Origin: Patescibacteria group bacterium
GTDB lineage: Bacteria > Patescibacteriota > Patescibacteriia > S139-126 > S139-133
DNA: 64,000 nucleotides
NCBI GenBank assembly: GCA_049604715.1
Contig: JBMYTV010000002.1
Coordinates: forward strand, 56,455-120,454
Reading direction: 5' to 3'
In this document: piece after piece, positions 9,803 to 18,876 of the stretch
Layout of the letters: each line of letters begins with the position of its first letter
Position numbering within the stretch: the stretch's first letter is position 1
The notes under the pieces: generated by a model
Told to the model about the DNA's origin: nothing
Seen by the model: the letters and a program-made list of their open reading frames with translations, nothing else
Database searches by the model: none
Made by a program: the position numbers and the translations under genes

Positions 9803-9825
9803 ACCGACGTATTTTACGTCGGTTT
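9801..9825. terminator. palindromic hairpin copy 1 (11-bp stem, 3-nt loop), overlaps the dus stop codon
   Basis: AAACCGACGTA-ttt-TACGTCGGTTT. The identical stem is repeated at 10410..10434. Confidence 0.6.
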
Positions 9826-10208
9826 TAATTCAATTGTTACCGCTTAACGCGGACACTACAAAATGGTACGAGGAAATAGTTATACCCCGCCTTACCGTTT
9901 GGCTTTCTGCGACGAACCAATGCCTTTGCACTTTTATCCCTTGGATCCGTCGCACCAAAGATCTGTTTACAGTTTCCTGAGTTCTTCATGACCTCAGTGC
10001 TGTGCCCGACAGCAAATTGACGCGTAGGGCTTTCGATTTAATAACACCAGATGTATTTGCTGGTGTGCCAGTTCTGGTTTTACAAAATACAGCATCAAGC
10101 CATTTTGCCGCGATCTTTCCTTAAAACAAAAGTCTTGCAAATCTTTGCGAACAGGAGTACACTTGGGGCGTCACCTACCTTAACATCCATGTATCAAAAG
10201 GGGGAAAT

Positions 10209-10400
10209 ATGAAAACCTTTGAATCCACTGTCTCGCTGTTAAAGAAAAAAGGAGTACGTGTGCGTTTTTATCCTGGCTACAAACCAATACCAGGAACATG
10301 TCGTCGTCCTACATCTGTATGTTCTAGGTGCCAATTTAAGCGCACTTGCCGGCGTAGCCCGCACTCCCGTGTTAATGTCCTTATCACAACCCAAAGGTAA
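10209..10400 (+). CDS. small Arg/Cys-rich protein (C-x6-C-x2-C-x6-C), hypothetical
   Basis: 63 aa. A strong Shine-Dalgarno (AAAAGGGGGAAAT) precedes the ATG, and the ORF is followed immediately by hairpin copy 2. The unusual composition means it could instead be the translation of a structured RNA. Confidence 0.3.
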   Translation: MKTFESTVSLLKKKGVRVRFYPGYKPIPGTCRRPTSVCSRCQFKRTCRRSPHSRVNVLITTQR

Positions 10401-10409
10401 AAAATCTTA

Positions 10410-10434
10410 AAACCGACGTAATTTACGTCGGTTT
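10410..10434. terminator. palindromic hairpin copy 2 (same 11-bp stem as 9801..9825)
   Basis: AAACCGACGTA-att-TACGTCGGTTT. It would terminate both the + strand small ORF and the - strand 55-aa ORF. Confidence 0.6.
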
Positions 10435-10438
10435 AAAC

Positions 10439-10606
10439 TTACATAAAACCTTTTGACTTTTTCGCACATGATGAAGCGCCACCATCACCACCACAATGCC
10501 TGCATACCAATCTTTTTTCCTTGGTAATACGAAATGAATGCTTTTTGTTAGGGCTTTTTAGACAATAGTCCGTAGAGATGGGTTTCAATTCTTTGTCCTT
10601 CTTCAT
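10439..10606 (-). CDS. unlisted 55-aa Cys-rich ORF downstream of dnaJ (possible zinc-ribbon mini-protein)
   Basis: Translated by hand as MKKDKELKPISTDYCLKSPNKKHSFRITKEKRLVCRHCGGDGGASSCAKKSKGFM. A weak AGGG Shine-Dalgarno lies 8 nt upstream. It is below the 60-aa cut-off of the ORF track. Confidence 0.25.
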   Translation of the reverse strand: MKKDKELKPISTDYCLKSPNKKHSFRITKEKRLVCRHCGGDGGASSCAKKSKGFM

Positions 10607-10700
10607 GGATATACCCTTTCAGAGTTTAGTTTTTATACGTTTTAAAATGATCAAACACAAAATCCATCATATTGATATCTGATGGACTTGTCAAGAAATA

Positions 10701-11792
10701 TTACAAACCTGCGTCTTGGAGTTTTTTAAGTAATTTCTTTTGTTCACTACTGAGCTTTTGCGGAACATCTACCTGAACTGTTACGATATGCTCCCCTCGC
10801 CTACTACTACCAAGCCGCATAGCACCTTTTTGCTTTAAACTAAACTGCTTACCTGACTTTGTGCCGGACGGGATTTTGAGAGTCACGTCCCCATCAACTG
10901 TCTCTACATCAATCTTGCCCCCAAGCACGCTTAAAGTAAAAGGAACCCGCTCTTCTGACATAATGACCTCACCATGCCGCTTGAACCTTGGATCTGGCTC
11001 AACATGTACATTTACATACAAATCACCTGCTTGCCCGCCCTGCTTGCCAGCATCACCAGCACCGCTCATACGGAGTCGATGACCACTTTCAATACCCCCT
11101 GGTACATCAAGTGTAATTTCTGATTCTTTTTGTTGAGTTCCACTTCCACTGCAAGTAGTACATTTGTCTTTGATTGTTTTACCGCTTCCACTACATGTTC
11201 CACATACTGTTTGGGTTTGAATAGCGCCTAAAAAAGTTTGGCGTACATGATTCACCTGTCCGCTACCACTACAAGTTGAACAACTTTCTGGGGTTGTGCC
11301 TTTTTTGGCACCACTTCCCTCGCAAGTCTCGCAACCTACTGATTTGCGCAGTGATATATCTCTCTTTACACCAAGCGCTGCATCTACAAATGAAATTGAA
11401 ATAGTCATCTCCAGGTCACGACCTCTATTTGCTTGTGCTTTTCGTCCTGACTGGCGACGAAAGCCACCAAAAAAATCTCCAAATATTTCATCAATATCGA
11501 CATCTGCAAAACCGCCACCACCCTGAAAACCACCAAATCCAGAAAAAGGATTACCTTGTGCACCACCACCAAAACCTGCCTGGTCAAATGTCTGCCCAAA
11601 CTGGTCATACTGTTGGCGCTTCTTCTCATCACTTAAGATTTGATAAGCTTCATTAATTTCCTTGAACTTCTCGTCGTTACCATCGTTTTTATCAGGATGA
11701 TGCTTGTGCGCAAGTGTTCGAAATGCTTTTTTGATCTCATCAGCTGAAGCTGACTTGTCAACGCCTAATATTTTGTAATAATCCTTTGCCAT
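10701..11792 (-). CDS. dnaJ: chaperone DnaJ
   Basis: J-domain (DYYKILGV...HPDKN), a Gly/Phe-rich linker and four CxxCxGxG zinc-finger repeats. Confidence 0.9.
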   Translation of the reverse strand: MAKDYYKILGVDKSASADEIKKAFRTLAHKHHPDKNDGNDEKFKEINEAYQILSDEKKRQQYDQFGQTFDQAGFGGGAQGNPFSGFGGFQGGGGFADVDIDEIFGDFFGGFRRQSGRKAQANRGRDLEMTISISFVDAALGVKRDISLRKSVGCETCEGSGAKKGTTPESCSTCSGSGQVNHVRQTFLGAIQTQTVCGTCSGSGKTIKDKCTTCSGSGTQQKESEITLDVPGGIESGHRLRMSGAGDAGKQGGQAGDLYVNVHVEPDPRFKRHGEVIMSEERVPFTLSVLGGKIDVETVDGDVTLKIPSGTKSGKQFSLKQKGAMRLGSSRRGEHIVTVQVDVPQKLSSEQKKLLKKLQDAGL

Positions 11793-11856
11793 AGATACTG
11801 CTTATTTGAAACAAGGGCAGGCACAAAGCACCATCCTTGTTTCTTTATAAATAGTC

Positions 11857-12147
11857 CTATTCGGTTTTGAAACCTACTTGTTGATTGAGCTTGTCATTAC
11901 CAACCTCAATCTCGCCATGTTGCTCTTCATATCGCTTCACATTGTCTTGAAGTGCTGCAGCAAGCCGCTTTGCATGTGATGGGGATAGTAAAATACGACC
12001 AATAAGTAGGCCAAGTTTTTGCCATGGAAATATATTCATAAAATCCAAAACAAATTCTTCTTTACTATGAGTCACTTGCACTGCATTTGAGTAGCCGCCC
12101 TTGAGCTGCTCATCGGTTGCCTTAATTTGAATTTGTTGCTCTGTCAT
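11857..12147 (-). CDS. hypothetical protein (DUF3467-like) between dnaK and dnaJ
   Basis: 96 aa. The EEFVLDF motif is recalled as characteristic of DUF3467. The family name is from memory and is not verified. Confidence 0.45.
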   Translation of the reverse strand: MTEQQIQIKATDEQLKGGYSNAVQVTHSKEEFVLDFMNIFPWQKLGLLIGRILLSPSHAKRLAAALQDNVKRYEEQHGEIEVGNDKLNQQVGFKTE

Positions 12148-12160
12148 ATAAACGTATTAG

Positions 12161-14116
12161 TTATTTAGTTTCAGAGTCAGTGTCTTTTTTTTCTTCAAAG
12201 TCAGCCTCAACTGGCTCGTCTGACTTTGACTCACCATCAGCTGGTTGCTCAGGAGCGCCTTCAGCTGGTTGCTCAGGAGCGCCTTCAGCTGCTTGGTCTT
12301 GATACATGTGCTGTCCAAGTTTCATTGCGGTTTCATTGAGCGCATCAAGTGCTGACTTGATAGCTTCTGTATCTTCACTTTCTTTAACATCTTTTACTGC
12401 TTGCAACTTCTCTTCAACTTCCTTCTTCAAATCTTCTGGGAGTTTGTCTTTATTTTCATCAAGCAGTTTCTCAGTCTGATACACAACACTTTCGGCTTGG
12501 TTATGAAGCTCAATACGTTCGCGTTTCTTTTTGTCCTCATCTGCGTGCGCTTCTGCATCTTGCTTCATTTTTTCGATTTCTTCTTCAGTAAGTCCTGAGC
12601 TTGCAGTAATAGTAATCTTTTGTTCTTTGCCAGTTGCCTTGTCTTTGGCAGATACATGCAAAATACCGTTTGCATCAATATCAAAGGTTACTTCAACTTG
12701 CGGGATGCCGCGTGGTGCTGGCGGAATACCATCCAAGATAAACTTACCAAGTGTTTTGTTATCACCTGCCATTTCACGCTCACCTTGCAAAACATGAATC
12801 TCAACAGATGGCTGATTGTCAGCTGCAGTTGAGAAAACTTGCGTTTTTGAAGTTGGAATAGTCGTATTTTTCTCAATAAGCTTGGTCATAACACCACCCA
12901 GCGTCTCCAAGCCAAGTGACAAAGGAGTCACATCAAGCAAGAGAACATCCTTTACATCACCTTGGAATACACCAGCTTGGACTGCCGCACCCATTGCTAC
13001 TACCTCATCGGGATTAACTGATACATTTGGTTTTTTACCAAAAAACTCTTCTACCTTTTTCTGTACGAGTGGCATACGTGTCATACCACCAACCATAATA
13101 ACCTCATTGATATCAGATTTTGAAAAACCTGAGTCTTTGAGCGCTGCCTCACAAGGCGTAAGTGTTCGCACAATCAAATCCCCAACTAGCTCCTCAAGTT
13201 TTGCTCTGGTCATCTTTAGCACCAAGTGCTTAGGCCCAGAATCATCAGATGTGATAAATGGTTGATTGATCTCTGTCTCTTGTGCAGTAGAGAGCTCGAT
13301 CTTTGCCTTTTCCGCTGCTTCCTTAATTCTTTGCAATGCTAATGGATCGTTTGACAGATCAATGCCTTGGTCTTTTTTGAACTCTTCAATAATCCATTTA
13401 ATAAGCTCCTGGTCAAAATCGTCACCACCAAGGTGAGTATCACCATTGGTTGCTTTTACCTCTACAGTATTTTCACCATTATCAGAAAAATCAATTTCCA
13501 AAATAGAAACATCAAAGGTACCGCCACCCAGATCATAAACTGCAATCTTTTGATCTTTTTGTGCTTTATCAAAACCATATGCAAATGCTGCCGCAGTTGG
13601 CTCATTGATAATGCGCTTTACAGTAAGACCTGCAATTTCACCTGCATCTTTGGTAGCTTGCCGCTGTGCATCATCGAAGTATGCCGGCACTGTAATCACA
13701 GCCTCAGTAACCTTTTCACCTGTTTTCTCTTCAGCGTCTTCTTTAAGCTTACGCAAAATCATTGCTGATATTTCCGGTGGAGTATAGTCCTTGCCTTGCA
13801 TCTCAATAAGAACACCACCATTTTTGTCATCTTTTTTCAACTTGTAGGGCACCAATTTTTGTACTTCTTGTACCTCAGCATCATCAAATCGGCGTCCAAT
13901 AAGACGTTTAATTGAGAAAAGCGTATTACCTGGGTTAGTCACGGCTTGTCGTTTTGCTGATTGACCAACTAGCTTTTCACCTGATTTGGAAACTGCAACC
14001 ATAGACGGAGTTGTGCGGTTTCCTTCTTTATTTTCTAAAATTTTTGGCTGACCTCCTTCAATGACTGCCATTGCTGAGTTGGTAGTACCGAGATCAACAC
14101 CCAATATCTTTGCCAT
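12161..14116 (-). CDS. dnaK: chaperone DnaK (Hsp70)
   Basis: N-terminal [18 protein letters not shown], full-length Hsp70. The C-terminal tail contains a 24-nt tandem duplication encoding AEGAPEQP x2 (about 12241..12300). Confidence 0.95.
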   Translation of the reverse strand: MAKILGVDLGTTNSAMAVIEGGQPKILENKEGNRTTPSMVAVSKSGEKLVGQSAKRQAVTNPGNTLFSIKRLIGRRFDDAEVQEVQKLVPYKLKKDDKNGGVLIEMQGKDYTPPEISAMILRKLKEDAEEKTGEKVTEAVITVPAYFDDAQRQATKDAGEIAGLTVKRIINEPTAAAFAYGFDKAQKDQKIAVYDLGGGTFDVSILEIDFSDNGENTVEVKATNGDTHLGGDDFDQELIKWIIEEFKKDQGIDLSNDPLALQRIKEAAEKAKIELSTAQETEINQPFITSDDSGPKHLVLKMTRAKLEELVGDLIVRTLTPCEAALKDSGFSKSDINEVIMVGGMTRMPLVQKKVEEFFGKKPNVSVNPDEVVAMGAAVQAGVFQGDVKDVLLLDVTPLSLGLETLGGVMTKLIEKNTTIPTSKTQVFSTAADNQPSVEIHVLQGEREMAGDNKTLGKFILDGIPPAPRGIPQVEVTFDIDANGILHVSAKDKATGKEQKITITASSGLTEEEIEKMKQDAEAHADEDKKKRERIELHNQAESVVYQTEKLLDENKDKLPEDLKKEVEEKLQAVKDVKESEDTEAIKSALDALNETAMKLGQHMYQDQAAEGAPEQPAEGAPEQPADGESKSDEPVEADFEEKKDTDSETK

Positions 14117-14137
14117 ATAAATTCGTTTAATTACTTA

Positions 14138-14446
14138 TTATTTCTTAGTTATTTTATCTAAATCTTGTGCACATTGGAGCACATCATCAGCTGACAGTGG
14201 CTCGCTACCTGCAAAGGTTGCAACTTCACTCTTTTTTACATCTGTTAGGATTGCGGCTCCGTACATACCATGCTGCACTCCTGATAAGCACGCAAGTAGG
14301 CCAATTCCACAGCTTCCACACCGAGAGTATAAAAGAAGTGTACCATCGTCTGTTTCGCTTACCATTTCGATATGCGCACGATGTGCTGGTGCAGAGCACA
14401 TAGGACACCGTGATACTAATGCAAAGTTAAATGGTTTCTGGGGCAT
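14138..14446 (-). CDS. zinc-ribbon hypothetical protein inside the heat-shock operon
   Basis: 102 aa with CPMC ... CGSCG cysteine pairs, 21 nt upstream of dnaK and 4 nt downstream of hsp20. Confidence 0.45.
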   Translation of the reverse strand: MPQKPFNFALVSRCPMCSAPAHRAHIEMVSETDDGTLLLYSRCGSCGIGLLACLSGVQHGMYGAAILTDVKKSEVATFAGSEPLSADDVLQCAQDLDKITKK

Positions 14447-14450
14447 GAGG

Positions 14451-14882
14451 TTATTTTTTAGTTGTCTTAATTTTGATTGTTTTTGTTTCTTTTTTAGCTT
14501 CTTTTGGAATTGTTATCTTCAGAACACCATTTTCATACACTGCGTCTGATTTGTCTGCGTCGACTGCTGCTGGAAGTGCAACTGACCTGTGGAAGCTACC
14601 TTTTCTAATCTCTTTACGATAATAATTATCCTCATCGATCTCAGTTGTCTTCTCAAGCTTTCCTTGTAGTGTCAAAATATCGTTTTCTACAGACAACTCA
14701 ACATCTTCTGGATTTACTCCAGCTAACTGCGCCTCTACAATAACTGAAGTCTCATTTTGATAAATATCAAGCGCTGGATAAACAGTGGTTACATCATTTG
14801 AAAGTGGGCTGATTCGTTTGAACACATCATCGAACTCGTCCATGCTTTCAAGGAGTGAGGGTGTCCATCGAATAAGTGGCAT
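14451..14882 (-). CDS. small heat-shock protein, Hsp20/alpha-crystallin family
   Basis: 143 aa with an alpha-crystallin domain (SFHRSVALPAAVDADKSDAVYENGVLKITIPK). Confidence 0.85.
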   Translation of the reverse strand: MPLIRWTPSLLESMDEFDDVFKRISPLSNDVTTVYPALDIYQNETSVIVEAQLAGVNPEDVELSVENDILTLQGKLEKTTEIDEDNYYRKEIRKGSFHRSVALPAAVDADKSDAVYENGVLKITIPKEAKKETKTIKIKTTKK

Positions 14883-14906
14883 ATGATTATAATTTAATAC
14901 TCAATA

Positions 14907-15416
14907 TTATGAATTTACAATAACTTTTGCTGGAACTATGACTATATCACCAAGGCGATATCCAGCGCGTACTTCACGAAGTACTGTATCTGCCTCAGTC
15001 TGGTCATCATTTTTTGTCTCAACTGCTTCCATGGTCTCTACATCAAACTGCTTTCCTATTGTCTCTATCCGCTCAACTCCCATAGCTTCTAGTGTTTGAT
15101 CAAACTGTTTTTGTAAATACACAAATCCTTGTACCCAGACCTCATCTTTTGCTTTTTCTGGTATATGTTCTACTGCCATGTAGTAGTGATCTATTATTGG
15201 AAAGAAATCCTTCAAAACCTCGGCTTTTATATACTCGGCAAGTGCTTGCTTTTCTGCTGCTGACTGCTTTTGTAAATTTTGATAATCAGCCTGCGCGCGC
15301 TGCCAACCTTGTAAGTACTCTGCTGACTTCTCTTCTAGCTCTTGTAACTTCTTTTTCATGCCTGTCTGCTTGGATTTTTTTGGTTTATTTTTTTTGGTTG
15401 TATCTGTATCTGTCAT
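14907..15416 (-). CDS. grpE: nucleotide exchange factor GrpE
   Basis: 169 aa with a coiled-coil N-terminus, a RAQADYQNLQKQ (GrpE RxxAEFENYRKR-like) motif and a C-terminal beta domain (AGYRLGDIVIVPAKVIV). Confidence 0.8.
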   Translation of the reverse strand: MTDTDTTKKNKPKKSKQTGMKKKLQELEEKSAEYLQGWQRAQADYQNLQKQSAAEKQALAEYIKAEVLKDFFPIIDHYYMAVEHIPEKAKDEVWVQGFVYLQKQFDQTLEAMGVERIETIGKQFDVETMEAVETKNDDQTEADTVLREVRAGYRLGDIVIVPAKVIVNS

Positions 15417-15420
15417 AAAA

Positions 15421-16104
15421 TTATACTAAATCACGAATAGTTTTGAGCAGTGCGTAGTTATGATCATATCTCATTCGCATAGGTCCAAGTATTGAAATAA
15501 GACCTTTTGTATCATCAAGCATAACATTTGTCATCACCACACTACATTCTGGGCTAAATGGGTTTTGTCTACCTATTGCGATGGTAATATCATCAATAGC
15601 CTCAAATATATTTACAATCACATCATCAAGATGATCGATTACCTGCGAAATATGTACTACTGACTGCATCTCATGAAACTCAGGTTGAGAAAAAAGGTTA
15701 GTAAGACCAGTGTAGTACACATCGCGAGGTGAAAATGCAACTATCACAGCGTTATTAGAAAGTGCTGAAATATGCTTGGCAAGTGCTTTGCTCTGTAGGC
15801 GTTTGTCTGCATGCGACTTCAAAACTTCTTCTAGAGCTGACAACTCCTTTTGTGGGACAGATTGATCTTGATCTAGAAACTCAGCAATATAGTATTGCCA
15901 ACCTTTTTCACTCGGAATTCTACCAGCAGATGTGTGTGGTTGCATAAGAAATCCATCCTCAGTCATAGCAGCCATGTCGTTACGAATAGTTGCTGATGAC
16001 ACTCCAAGGGCCTGAGCAAGTAGCTCGCTACTAACTGCTTGTGCTTTGTCAGTGTAGTGCTCAACTATAATATTTAATATGTCTTTTTGTCTGTTAGTCA
16101 GCAT
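15421..16104 (-). CDS. hrcA: heat-inducible transcriptional repressor HrcA (short form)
   Basis: N-terminal winged-HTH (LTNRQKDILNIIVEHYTDKAQAVSSELLAQALGVSSATIRNDMAAM). A perfect CIRCE operator lies 30 nt upstream. At 227 aa it is shorter than the usual roughly 340 aa. Confidence 0.75.
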   Translation of the reverse strand: MLTNRQKDILNIIVEHYTDKAQAVSSELLAQALGVSSATIRNDMAAMTEDGFLMQPHTSAGRIPSEKGWQYYIAEFLDQDQSVPQKELSALEEVLKSHADKRLQSKALAKHISALSNNAVIVAFSPRDVYYTGLTNLFSQPEFHEMQSVVHISQVIDHLDDVIVNIFEAIDDITIAIGRQNPFSPECSVVMTNVMLDDTKGLISILGPMRMRYDHNYALLKTIRDLV

Positions 16105-16133
16105 ATGGTTCTTCTATACACAGAATATCAAAA

Positions 16134-16160
16134 TTAGCACTCCCCAGTCAAGAGTGCTAA
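16134..16160. promoter_or_regulatory. CIRCE operator (HrcA binding site)
   Basis: Perfect consensus inverted repeat TTAGCACTC-N9-GAGTGCTAA immediately upstream of hrcA. Confidence 0.9.
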
Positions 16161-16169
16161 TAACAGAAA

Positions 16170-16190
16170 ATCTCATCAATTTGATGAGAT
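16170..16190. terminator. 10-bp perfect inverted repeat (terminator of the 16207 ORF or an operator), adjacent to CIRCE
   Basis: ATCTCATCAA-t-TTGATGAGAT. Confidence 0.4.
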
Positions 16191-16206
16191 CTTGAAACGG
16201 TTTGAA

Positions 16207-16515
16207 TCATACATAGTATTTTGTGCTATCAAGGCGGTTATCGCTTTGGAAATCCGCAATCATTTTTTTAATGACTGCGCTTTGGTGCTTTTCACATGAT
16301 GTCCTTTTTTGACACACTTCGGTCATACGTCCGTCACGCACACGTTTAATCTTCAGTACGTACGTTACAACCGAACGAACACTACATTTAGAGCACGACG
16401 TGCCGGCGGGTAGCTTAACCAAAAATTTCTTCAAAGCCGCAGCAGGCAATGTTCTAATCTCAGTGAGAGTCATTGTCTCACCTGATGACTTTTTGTGACG
16501 CTTCTTATCAGCCAT
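16207..16515 (-). CDS. small basic hypothetical protein with four Cys (possible zinc ribbon)
   Basis: 102 aa, Lys/Arg-rich, with CSKC...C...C spacing. Confidence 0.4.
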   Translation of the reverse strand: MADKKRHKKSSGETMTLTEIRTLPAAALKKFLVKLPAGTSCSKCSVRSVVTYVLKIKRVRDGRMTEVCQKRTSCEKHQSAVIKKMIADFQSDNRLDSTKYYV

Positions 16516-16663
16516 ATATAATCCTTTCCATGTATAATGACTAGTTGTTGATGAGCTATCTGCCTACCTTACTAAAATATATATAATCTAGTCAAATAGC
16601 AAAAAACCGACCACTTTGGTCGGCATAAATCTTGGTTATATTTAAAAATTTTACCACTCCGGG

Positions 16664-16936
16664 CTATGCGGCGAATTCAATTTCGTTTTTGGGAATCCAG
16701 CGTTTTTTCCCGGCGGAGAGACTAATCAAGGCTTCATTGCCCTGAATTTCGTGGATGTTTACCTTCCGGCCTGCTTTGATAGTTGCAAAATTTGCCGAGC
16801 CTGTGCAGCACCGCTGCCTTTTATTGCTGATATCCCTTTTCACAACACCCGTCTTTCCATTCTGATTACTACTGTTGCTCCTTTTCTTTTTTTTGACAAT
16901 ACGACGATCACTTCGCTTGTTTTTACGACGTCTCAT
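16664..16936 (-). CDS. small highly basic hypothetical protein
   Basis: 90 aa with a poly-basic N-terminus (RRRKNKRSDRRIVKKKKR). Its own hairpin terminator lies at 16607..16623. Confidence 0.4.
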   Translation of the reverse strand: MRRRKNKRSDRRIVKKKKRSNSSNQNGKTGVVKRDISNKRQRCCTGSANFATIKAGRKVNIHEIQGNEALISLSAGKKRWIPKNEIEFAA

Positions 16937-17077
16937 GCAGTCACCTCATGGTAATTAGTTGTACAATGTGCCACCGTGCAATTATCTGGTTTACTCACGG
17001 TAATCACAGAATACAAGAAAACGTGCATTTCGTCAATATAAATATGAAAACCAGACATTTGCCTGGTTTATATAATT

Positions 17078-17389
17078 CTACGTTATTTTTGGAGGCCTCC
17101 CAATGGTGAGTGTTATTGCAGGCATCATTTTCTCAGCTTTTGCCTGCGCTGCAGAGATTAACTGTTGCCTTACGCCATTATGGATTGCCGGTGCTTTCTT
17201 GAGCACTTTATCAAAACGACAGTAACCGGCAGGAATAACTGGAAATTGTTCCTTGGTTACTAATAACCAACACGGTACTGGAACGTTTTTTAACTCGTTA
17301 GTTTTTCTGCGAATAAAAATGCCATACAGTACCTCTTTATTACTCCCTTCATTCACTTTTTTCTTCTTTATTACTTTTTTCCTTTTCAA
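17078..17389 (-). CDS. small basic hypothetical protein, 'PCW' paralogue 1
   Basis: 103 aa. The core LYGIFIRR...VPVPCWLLVTKEQFPVIPAGY is shared with the next two ORFs. A terminator hairpin lies at 17048..17069. Confidence 0.45.
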   Translation of the reverse strand: MKRKKVIKKKKVNEGSNKEVLYGIFIRRKTNELKNVPVPCWLLVTKEQFPVIPAGYCRFDKVLKKAPAIHNGVRQQLISAAQAKAEKMMPAITLTIGRPPKIT

Positions 17390-17404
17390 ATAAACTCCTT
17401 TCTT

Positions 17405-17695
17405 TTACAAGCCGCCATGTATACACGGCGGGTTATCAAATTTGACGCTCATCTTAGGCACTGTTCGACTTGCTTCGTTTAGTACCTTTGTCTTGAGCTC
17501 TTTTTCTACAGCATCCTCATTGTGCGTAAGGGTAAGCACCTGAACAAGCGTATACCCTTGCGGAGTGGGATACTTATCTGAACTAGTTAAAACTACCCAA
17601 CATGGAACTGGCTTTTCCGCCATCTCACCACTAACGCGAAACATAAACGCATACAACGTCTTGTTTAACTTTTTACTGCGTAGTGTAGCAACCAT
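17405..17695 (-). CDS. small hypothetical protein, 'PCW' paralogue 2
   Basis: 96 aa. The core LYAFMFRV...KPVPCWVVLTSSDKYPTPQGY is clearly homologous to 17078..17389. Confidence 0.45.
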   Translation of the reverse strand: MVATLRSKKLNKTLYAFMFRVSGEMAEKPVPCWVVLTSSDKYPTPQGYTLVQVLTLTHNEDAVEKELKTKVLNEASRTVPKMSVKFDNPPCIHGGL

Positions 17696-17717
17696 GTTTC
17701 TGTGCCTTGTTTTGAAA

Positions 17718-18005
17718 TTAGTCTAAGACATTCCAGTTGATTTCCCCATCTCTTCTCAATGTCTTCGTCTTCCGGGCTTCTTTCTTTGCTTTCTGGACTG
17801 CCATAGCTCGAGCTGTTTTCGACTTACCAGTGAAAGTACACCGGACAACCTCTGTTTTGCTATCTTTCAAAACACCAAAACAACCTTCTTTTACAGTAAT
17901 CCAGCATTCTCGTGGTTTATGTTTTATTTTTCTTAGTTTATACACTACTAAATACAAAGTGACATCCGAATCCAATGAGTGATCCGTTAATCTTCTCTTC
18001 TTCAT
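17718..18005 (-). CDS. small basic hypothetical protein, divergent 'PCW' paralogue 3
   Basis: 95 aa. LYLVVYKLRK...KPRECWITVKEGCFGV has the same spacing of the Leu-Tyr, Pro and Cys-Trp residues. A perfect 11-bp-stem terminator lies at 18077..18101. Confidence 0.4.
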   Translation of the reverse strand: MKKRRLTDHSLDSDVTLYLVVYKLRKIKHKPRECWITVKEGCFGVLKDSKTEVVRCTFTGKSKTARAMAVQKAKKEARKTKTLRRDGEINWNVLD

Positions 18006-18120
18006 GGCTGAGCCTCTTTTTTTGAATGTTCTATTCCATGCGTACTGTAGACCGTATATGATATATTGTCAAAAATAAAACATCGGATTTTCCGATGTTT
18101 TTTGTATATCCAGAATCAAA

Positions 18121-18474
18121 TCACCTTGCGTTCTTAGCGCCCTTTAGAGTGATAAAAACCCTCATGCCGGCTTTGCGGAACACTTTTTTGATCATGTCAG
18201 CATGTTCACTCTTTTGATCTCTCGTCATGACCAAAAATGGATTCATCTTACTAACCTTTTGCAGAACCAGAATCTGTCCGGCAAGTGAACTGTTGATAAC
18301 AGCTTCGCTGATATCAACAATGATGCGACTACGCTCGTTCCATTGCTGATACGATTTCGCAGCATCACTCAACGTAGTAGTTGCACCAGCAACATTACCA
18401 CTGACTTTCCATACAGCCATCTTCCCGTTCTTTGTATTAATGCTACTCTTCTTAAGTCTAAACGGATTAGGCAT
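18121..18474 (-). CDS. hypothetical protein, STAS-domain-like (anti-sigma-antagonist fold), paralogue 1
   Basis: 117 aa. VWKVSGN...IIVDISEAVINSSLAGQILVL...LVMTRDQ resembles the STAS layout (vvlDls.v.fiDSsG...). Confidence 0.4.
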   Translation of the reverse strand: MPNPFRLKKSSINTKNGKMAVWKVSGNVAGATTTLSDAAKSYQQWNERSRIIVDISEAVINSSLAGQILVLQKVSKMNPFLVMTRDQKSEHADMIKKVFRKAGMRVFITLKGAKNAR

Positions 18475-18492
18475 TACATCCCTCCAGATGGT

Positions 18493-18855
18493 TTATGCCG
18501 CTATTGCGGCGTCACGATTATAGACCACTGAATAACCGGACATACTAAGCATGGTTACTATGGCCTTTGATTTAGCATATTGCTTGCGGTCAAGCTGGAG
18601 CCGGATTGGGTATTTTACAATCCGCTTACGAATGGAGACAAGGGCCCAGAGAAGAACACTATTGATAGTTGCACCAGAAATGTCAAACGCAATTACCTTA
18701 TGATCACTCCAGAACTTATACTCACCCGCACGTTGCTTGAGAACGTCGGCATCATTTACCTTAACTCCGCGCTTCATACGCTCTTTAAATATTTTCCCGT
18801 ATATTTTCCATACGAGAACCTGTGACCCACTATAGGTCTCTGGTTTTACTCTCAT
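18493..18855 (-). CDS. hypothetical protein, STAS-domain-like, paralogue 2
   Basis: 120 aa. VWKIYGK...VIAFDISGATINSVLLWAL...LSMSGY is homologous to 18121..18474. Confidence 0.4.
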   Translation of the reverse strand: MRVKPETYSGSQVLVWKIYGKIFKERMKRGVKVNDADVLKQRAGEYKFWSDHKVIAFDISGATINSVLLWALVSIRKRIVKYPIRLQLDRKQYAKSKAIVTMLSMSGYSVVYNRDAAIAA

Positions 18856-18876
18856 ACAAGATTCCCTTCTTGTTTG

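Noticed and set aside
9826-10208. Possible tmRNA or RNase P RNA in the GC-elevated spacer
   Set aside because: By eye I could not find the tmRNA 3' T-arm/CCA end with a tag reading frame, nor the RNase P P4 (GGAAAGUCCGG / ACAGAA) signatures on either strand. Kept only as an unassigned ncRNA candidate in findings.
12241-12300. 24-nt perfect tandem duplication (GCTGGTTGCTCAGGAGCGCCTTCA x2)
   Set aside because: It lies in the C-terminal disordered tail of DnaK and encodes AEGAPEQP twice. It is a simple in-frame slippage duplication, not a regulatory or mobile repeat.
12401-13787. Several 60-150-aa ORFs in alternative frames or on the opposite strand inside dnaK (12401-12598, 12531-12797, 12620-12832, 12816-13265, 13367-13768)
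   Set aside because: They are completely embedded in the unambiguous dnaK reading frame and have low-complexity or odd composition. Treated as spurious frame shadows.
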